Positions 58,705 through 64,000 of a stretch of DNA of 64,000 nt are shown piece by piece (position 1 is the stretch's first letter; every line of letters begins with the position of its first letter). The notes beneath the pieces were generated by a model. The model did not search any database. It saw nothing but the letters and a program-made list of their open reading frames with translations, and was not told the DNA's origin. A program made the position numbers and the translations under genes. The stretch is from Spirochaetia bacterium (lineage in GTDB: Bacteria > Spirochaetota > Spirochaetia > SZUA-6 > Bin103), in NCBI GenBank assembly GCA_965203055.1, contig OZ241863.1, forward strand, positions 3,904,001 to 3,968,000, given 5' to 3'.

Positions 58705-59700
58705 ATGAGCAAGCAAGAGCCGCAGCCCACGCCTGCGGGCCAGTGGGTGTCCTACCGCCCGGAGATCAAGGTGCTGGACTGTACCATCCGGGACGGCGGC
58801 CTGATGAACGATCACCAATTCGCCGACGAGACCGTGCGCGCCGTGTACCAGGCGTGCGTCGCCGGCGGCGTCGACTACATGGAGATCGGCTACCTCAACT
58901 CCCGCGCGCAGTTTCCGCCAGGCCCGCACGGGCCGTGGAAGCACTGCCGTGAGGAGGACCTTCGCCGCATCGTGGGCGACAACGACACGCCGTTGAAGCT
59001 GTCCGCCATGGCCGACGCCGAAAAGAGCGACTACCGCGAGGACATCCTGCCCCGAGCGGAGAGTGTGCTGGACCTGATCCGCGTCGCCGCCTACATCCAC
59101 CAGATCCCCCTGGCCCTGGACATGATCAAGGACGCCCACGACAAGGGCTACGAGACGTCTCTCAATCTGATGGCCCTCTCCACGGTGCCCGAGCGCGAGT
59201 TGAACGAGGCGCTGTACCTGGCGGCCCGCTCCGAGGTGGAGGTCATCTGCATCGTCGACAGCTTCGGCGCGCTCTACAGCGAGCAGATCGACGACTACAT
59301 GGACAAGTTCCTGAGCTACGCGGCCGCGGCCGGCAAGGAGGTGGGCATGCATGCCCACAACAACCGGCAGCTTGCCTTCGCCAACACCATCCAGGCCACC
59401 ATCCGGGGCGCCAACCGGTTGGACGCCAGCATGGCCGGGCTGGGCCGCGGCGCGGGCAACTGTCCGATGGAGCTGCTGCTCAGCTTTCTGCACAACCCCA
59501 AGTTCCGGCTGCGCCCGGTGCTGCACTGCATCCAGCACGCCATCGAACCGCTGCGGCAGGACCTGAAGTGGGGTTTCGACTACCCCTACATGATCACCGG
59601 GGTGCTCAACCAGCATCCGCGCGCCGGGATGCGGTTCAACGAATCGGAGCACCGCGGGGACATCATCAGATTCTACGACTCCCTCGAACACGAAGATTGA
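58705..59700 (+). CDS. DRE-TIM/HMGL-like aldolase catalytic domain protein
   Basis: LDCTIRDGG, VDSFG, GMHAHNN, GLGRGAGN. Confidence 0.85.
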   Translation: MSKQEPQPTPAGQWVSYRPEIKVLDCTIRDGGLMNDHQFADETVRAVYQACVAGGVDYMEIGYLNSRAQFPPGPHGPWKHCREEDLRRIVGDNDTPLKLSAMADAEKSDYREDILPRAESVLDLIRVAAYIHQIPLALDMIKDAHDKGYETSLNLMALSTVPERELNEALYLAARSEVEVICIVDSFGALYSEQIDDYMDKFLSYAAAAGKEVGMHAHNNRQLAFANTIQATIRGANRLDASMAGLGRGAGNCPMELLLSFLHNPKFRLRPVLHCIQHAIEPLRQDLKWGFDYPYMITGVLNQHPRAGMRFNESEHRGDIIRFYDSLEHED

Positions 59701-59828
59701 TCCGCCGGCACTGGCACGGGAGCAACCCAATCGCGCCCATCCTCGGCGTCGCGCAGATCACCGCGCACACCGCTGATAACGGTCCGCGCCGGCAGCCCGG
59801 TCAGCCGGGATCAGCCGGGTGTCCTACC

Positions 59829-59858
59829 TTGACGGCCGCCCGGCCGAACGTCTACCAT
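59829..59858 (+). promoter_or_regulatory. sigma70-type promoter
   Basis: TTGACG, 18 nt, TACCAT. Confidence 0.55.
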
Positions 59859-59864
59859 GACAAC

Positions 59865-59997
59865 GATAGCACCCTCGGACCGCCCTATGTCGGGCTGCCC
59901 GCGGAATACAACAACCGCATACCACCCGGAACTAGCTACTTCGGGCGCCGGTGAATACGCGGGAACAACCCTGCCTTTGGTCTGTGGTGGTGCTATC
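59865..59997 (+). ncRNA. Candidate rod-shaped structured RNA or 5' leader
   Basis: Begins 6 nt after the -10 box; GAUAGCACC/GGUGCUAUC closing stem, CGGACC/GGUCUG, CCCGCG/CGCGGG, apical CCCGGA/UUCGGG. Confidence 0.35.
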
Positions 59998-60014
59998 AAG
60001 ACGGCCCGGCACCT

Positions 60015-61037
60015 ATGCGGGAGTCGGCAAGAGTAACTTCGATGATCACAGATAAAGCGCGCGCCCTGCGACGAACAATCGCCTCCGCCCTACTCAGTTG
60101 CGTGGCCATCACCGTGCTATTGGCCTGCGAAGAACCGGTAAGGCGGAGCGCGTCGGCACCCACGAAGCCAACCACGCCGACAACAACTCCGCCGGCGCAG
60201 AGTAACAATTGTGTGCCAAACGTGGCGATTCACAGCACGGCAACCGGAGGAGCAATCCAAGGAGCAATCAAAGACCAGGTTCTATACTGGGCAGGAACCC
60301 GATCAAACGTTGAATGCTTACCGGAAGCACAACAGAACCAGAAGCAATTGAATCGTGTCGGCAGCACGCACGAAGGAACGCCGACCTACCGAGTGATACG
60401 AGTACATCGAACCATCGGTACCCGGTATTACATGTTGAAGTATCTCAACGACATACCGGTATGCATCATCGACGTAACCGGCGCCTGCGACCGAATGTTA
60501 TCAGCATTAGGCAATTACGACATAGATGACCTACCGGATGAAGCACCGGCGCTTGATGGTTCAACAACGACGTCTGTACCGAGAGACTACTTGTTTACGC
60601 TGCGCTCCGACGACTTCACGGTCGTAGGAACCACACCGACGGCGGCAGCGATCGTCGACTACAAGATCGACGTTACGGCTGCCGACGTGAGGGACGGTGT
60701 GATAACGGCACAATTGCAGCGTTCAGCATCGGAAGGGACTTGGGAACCCTTCCCTTACACGATCAACGGCTTTGTTCCTCATACCGAGCCAAAACGTGCT
60801 GCTTCATTGACGTTGACCTACCAAGTATCGGCGGGATACGTGCGGCTCATAGCAACAGCTCACCTGACAGGAGCCGAAATGAGCCGCGCCCTTATCCTTT
60901 TCAACGACTTCAAGATTCGTATTCGGATCGTGCACTACCCCTGGACGATCCTTTGCCGGCACCCGTGGTTTCCTTGCAGCCGGCACGGTGGTACTTCGCC
61001 ACTGGGCGATCACGCCGGCGCCGCACCCGACCCGTAA
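60015..61037 (+). CDS. Low-GC putative lipoprotein (alternative ATG 60042)
   Basis: Basic plus hydrophobic N-terminus ending in LLAC, Pro/Thr linker, two probable domains. Confidence 0.65.
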   Translation: MRESARVTSMITDKARALRRTIASALLSCVAITVLLACEEPVRRSASAPTKPTTPTTTPPAQSNNCVPNVAIHSTATGGAIQGAIKDQVLYWAGTRSNVECLPEAQQNQKQLNRVGSTHEGTPTYRVIRVHRTIGTRYYMLKYLNDIPVCIIDVTGACDRMLSALGNYDIDDLPDEAPALDGSTTTSVPRDYLFTLRSDDFTVVGTTPTAAAIVDYKIDVTAADVRDGVITAQLQRSASEGTWEPFPYTINGFVPHTEPKRAASLTLTYQVSAGYVRLIATAHLTGAEMSRALILFNDFKIRIRIVHYPWTILCRHPWFPCSRHGGTSPLGDHAGAAPDP

Positions 61038-61242
61038 CGATCACTTACGGCGGCGCCGTAGGTGGTGTAAAGAAGACCGTCAACGGTACCGACTACAACG
61101 TCCATAATAGCCGATCCTTCCGGGCCGCGTTGTCCTTTCAGCCGGCCAAGCCGACCAAACGGCACGTCCGGCCCGGGCGCTCGGCTTGGTTACCGGCTGC
61201 ATCCACGGACCGTCGCTTGCCTGCGGGTAGAACTCTTAGGGC

Positions 61243-61935
61243 TTATTCAACCGCCCCGTCGGCCATGTCGAAGCGGCGGCGCAGGCCCTCCAGCGAGAAC
61301 TCGCCGCCGCGTACGAAGTCGATCATCTCCTGCTCGCGGGCGGCGATCTCCGCGGCTGCCTGCGGCACCCGGGCGGCGATCTCCAACGGGATCTTCACCA
61401 CGCCGTTGCGGTCGCCGTGAATCAGGTCGCCGGGCAGTACCTCCACTTCGCTGACCACCACCGGCAGGTTCACGTCGACCACTTGGTGGCGGCCGTGCGC
61501 CGGCGTCATCCCCGGCGCGAAGTACTGGAACCCCAAAGGGGCGACCCCTTCCAGGTCGCGGACGCCGCCGTCGGTGACCAGCCCGATGGCGCCGAGGGCG
61601 TGGGCGGTGTTCGCCATCACGTCGCCGCAGTGGCAGGAGTGGGAGTTGCGCGGCGAGATGTCCTTGAACACCAGCACCACCGGCTTGGAGGCCGCGGCAA
61701 CCGCCTCCCACAGGCGCATCATCGGCACCCGGCTCTGCTGCCGCGACGGCGTCATGGAGTCCACGGTGGCGGTCACGGCGTAGCCGAGCATCACCCCCAA
61801 CTCCGGGAACTGACAGCGGATCTCCCAGCCCATGAATCCTTCCGAATCGCGCCGCACCCGGAACGGCTCGATGGCGTTGCAGATGGTGGGCGTGTCGATC
61901 TTCCTGAGGGCCTCGAACTGCTGCGAAGTAAGCAT
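61243..61935 (-). CDS. RraA / HMG-aldolase family protein
   Basis: DTPTICNA, GYAVT, GDVMA, VTDGGVRD, PGDLIHGDRNGVVKIP. Confidence 0.88.
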   Translation of the reverse strand: MLTSQQFEALRKIDTPTICNAIEPFRVRRDSEGFMGWEIRCQFPELGVMLGYAVTATVDSMTPSRQQSRVPMMRLWEAVAAASKPVVLVFKDISPRNSHSCHCGDVMANTAHALGAIGLVTDGGVRDLEGVAPLGFQYFAPGMTPAHGRHQVVDVNLPVVVSEVEVLPGDLIHGDRNGVVKIPLEIAARVPQAAAEIAAREQEMIDFVRGGEFSLEGLRRRFDMADGAVE

Positions 61936-62148
61936 GGCCGCAGCATGACCTACCGGCGCACGACGGCCAAGCCCCCTGCCCGCTGCCTCGGGCATGGTCC
62001 CGACGGACGGGAACTCACTCATTCGACCGTCCCGTCGGCCATACGGTAGCGGCACCGGGCACCGGGCAGCGATCGCCAACGGGATCGTCACCAGCAGCAC
62101 CCCACTTCGCTTGCATCACCCCCAACTGCTGCGGAGTGACCATGGCCG

Positions 62149-62399
62149 CGCATAACCTACCGGCGGTACCGGCGGGAGGGGCTGCCGATCGGCAGTGGCA
62201 CGGTGGAGAGCACGTGCAAGAACATGGTGGCGGGGGATGATCTGGTCGTTGGGAGGGGCGCGGGGGATGCCGCAGATCTGCACCTCCGGTGAAGAGCGGG
62301 CGGTTCTAAAAGGGACTACGCGAACCTGCTGTCCGCCTCGGTGCCGCAGGAGGCCAGCCACAGGCCGCCTGACGCTACCTACGTTTTGGAAGTGCGCCC
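62149..62399 (+). mobile_element. ISKra4/ISLre2-like transposase C-terminal remnant with right end
   Basis: RITYRRYRREGLPIGSGTVESTCKNMV, then after a deletion/frameshift GMIWSLGGARGM; ends TTGGAAGTGCGCCC. Confidence 0.75.
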
Positions 62400-62418
62400 G
62401 CCCACCCACGCGGGCCTA

Positions 62419-62447
62419 TTGACAACACCTCAACCAAGAGATACCCT
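62419..62447 (+). promoter_or_regulatory. sigma70-type promoter of the helicase gene
   Basis: TTGACA, 17 nt, TACCCT; GGAGGA RBS at 62484-62489. Confidence 0.6.
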
Positions 62448-62494
62448 ATCATACCAATCGTCCGCCCTCATATCTCAAGCAACGGAGGACACTC

Positions 62495-64000
62495 TTGGCC
62501 AATATGCAAGAAGTTTTTAGTCGAATGATAGTCGCCAACGATTTGACCTGTGTCGATCGAATAGACCTGCCAGAGCGCCCTCAACGACTCGCTACGATAC
62601 CCCAGCAATTCCGCTCTGGGGCTCCAGGTCGATGGCTGACAAATGACCAGAATATCAAAGGAACCCTGTGGTTACACCAAGCCAACGCAATGAGAGCCGC
62701 AGCTCACGGAAAAAATGTGATAATTTCAACTGGAACCGCATCCGGGAAATCGCTAATCTTTCAATCTGTAGCGCTACGTATCCTGGATACCGACGATGAT
62801 GCCGTGGTGCTCGTCTTCTACCCACTCAAGGCGCTCACAAATGACCAATTCATTTCATGGTGTACAGCTATCGAAATGGCAGGATTAGACCGCTCGTTAG
62901 TCGACAAAATAGACGGCACAGTACCTCGTAAAGAACGGACACCAAAGCTACGTAATGCGCGAGTGATACTAATGACTCCAGACGTCTGCCATGCATGGTT
63001 AATGCAGGAAATATCAAATCCTGACCATCAAGACTTCATTTCCAAACTTGCGTTGATTGTTATCGACGAATCACATGTTCTAGAGGGTGTGTTCGGCAGT
63101 AATTTTGCATATCTATTTCGACGTCTATGTGCGATTCGGTATCGTATTCTACACCATTTTAAGAAAAGACGTTCCTCTTTGCAAGTTATTGCCGCCAGTG
63201 CTACAATACGAGACCCTGAAAAACATCTTCATAACCTCACCGGAGTACAGTACGTTACGGTCGACGATTCCGATGACGGGTCACCACGTAAGGAACAAGC
63301 TATCGTCCATATTCAAGCGACAGAGCCATACAGCGAGTACGGTACTATATTGAGGAGATTGGTAACTGAGTCGGACTCCGGAAGTTGTATTATGTTTATT
63401 GACTCGCGCCAGGGCGCCGAACGTGTCGCCGTGCAAGCAGATCTTCCTAAACAAATACTGCCATACAGAAGTGGTTTTGAACGGGATGACCGTACCGCTA
63501 TCGAAAACGCGCTTCGGCAAGGTTCCCTTAGGGGAGTTGTCTCTACACCCGCACTAGAACTTGGAATTGATATCCGTCATTTTTCAGTAGGACTGAACGT
63601 CGGAGTACCGCGTTCACGTAAGTCGTTTCGTCAACGTCTAGGACGCGTCGGGCGTGTAGGACCAGGTGTATTTGGCATAATCGCCCCGACCTACGCGTTC
63701 AATCGTTTTGGCATGACCTTGATGGACTACTATCAAGAATCAGTTGAGCCTTCGTACCTGTATTTGCATAATCGGTTCATGCAGTACGCGCACGCGCGAT
63801 GTCTTGCAGAAGAGATGGAGATGCTCGGTATCGGTGGTCGTAAGAAGGTCCCCGCCCGAGTGTCATGGCCAGATGGTTTCAGTGAGAAGTTCGATTTCGC
63901 GTATGCCAGAAGTCCTGCGGCTCGGCCTCGGGTGTACGATCAGATGTTCAATATCGGCGGTGATCAACCACATTTCAACTATCCGTTGCGGAACATAGCC
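62495..64000 (+). CDS. DEAD/DEAH-box SF2 helicase, YprA/MrfA/Hrq1-like; runs off the window end
   Basis: Manual translation: LWLHQ, TGTASGKS, YPLKALTNDQ, TPD, IDESH, GVFGS, SAT, TPALELGIDI, QRLGRVGR; markedly lower GC. Confidence 0.9.
   Translation, partial: MANMQEVFSRMIVANDLTCVDRIDLPERPQRLATIPQQFRSGAPGRWLTNDQNIKGTLWLHQANAMRAAAHGKNVIISTGTASGKSLIFQSVALRILDTDDDAVVLVFYPLKALTNDQFISWCTAIEMAGLDRSLVDKIDGTVPRKERTPKLRNARVILMTPDVCHAWLMQEISNPDHQDFISKLALIVIDESHVLEGVFGSNFAYLFRRLCAIRYRILHHFKKRRSSLQVIAASATIRDPEKHLHNLTGVQYVTVDDSDDGSPRKEQAIVHIQATEPYSEYGTILRRLVTESDSGSCIMFIDSRQGAERVAVQADLPKQILPYRSGFERDDRTAIENALRQGSLRGVVSTPALELGIDIRHFSVGLNVGVPRSRKSFRQRLGRVGRVGPGVFGIIAPTYAFNRFGMTLMDYYQESVEPSYLYLHNRFMQYAHARCLAEEMEMLGIGGRKKVPARVSWPDGFSEKFDFAYARSPAARPRVYDQMFNIGGDQPHFNYPLRNIA

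Overview
Very GC-rich bacterial chromosomal segment, most likely from a Spirochaetota genome (it carries an Msp/Tpr-like outer-membrane protein). The expanded PhyH dioxygenases, SDRs, sulfatase and Rpn/Uma2/HNH nucleases resemble marine host-associated (e.g. sponge) symbionts; that habitat is inference only. Housekeeping content: trpL-trpE-trpGD-trpC with a clear attenuator, ssb, ilvE, apgM, nth, PPi-type pfk, tRNA-Val(CAC), lgt, ctpA, rsmE, a sigma54 activator, pspA, hppA, an ATP-dependent DNA ligase, cdd, lipA and dus. Accessory or unexplained content: (1) a 6.3-10.5 kb hotspot with a promoter-anchored ~275-nt structured RNA candidate, an Rpn gene with an internal RpnS start, a DUF222-like HNH gene containing in-frame palindromic repeats, an ISKra4-like MITE and a second stand-alone RpnS copy; (2) an orphan DUF1156 adenine methyltransferase whose first 21 residues and RBS look captured from an RpnS; (3) a full-length ProRS homolog with degenerate proline/ATP-binding motifs; (4) a low-GC three-gene TIGR04255 operon with a possible ART/RES-like toxin; (5) an orphan ABC-type ATPase; (6) a low-GC YprA/MrfA-like helicase beside an IS remnant. 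Many genes appear to be transcribed leaderless. All family assignments come from motif recognition, not database searches.
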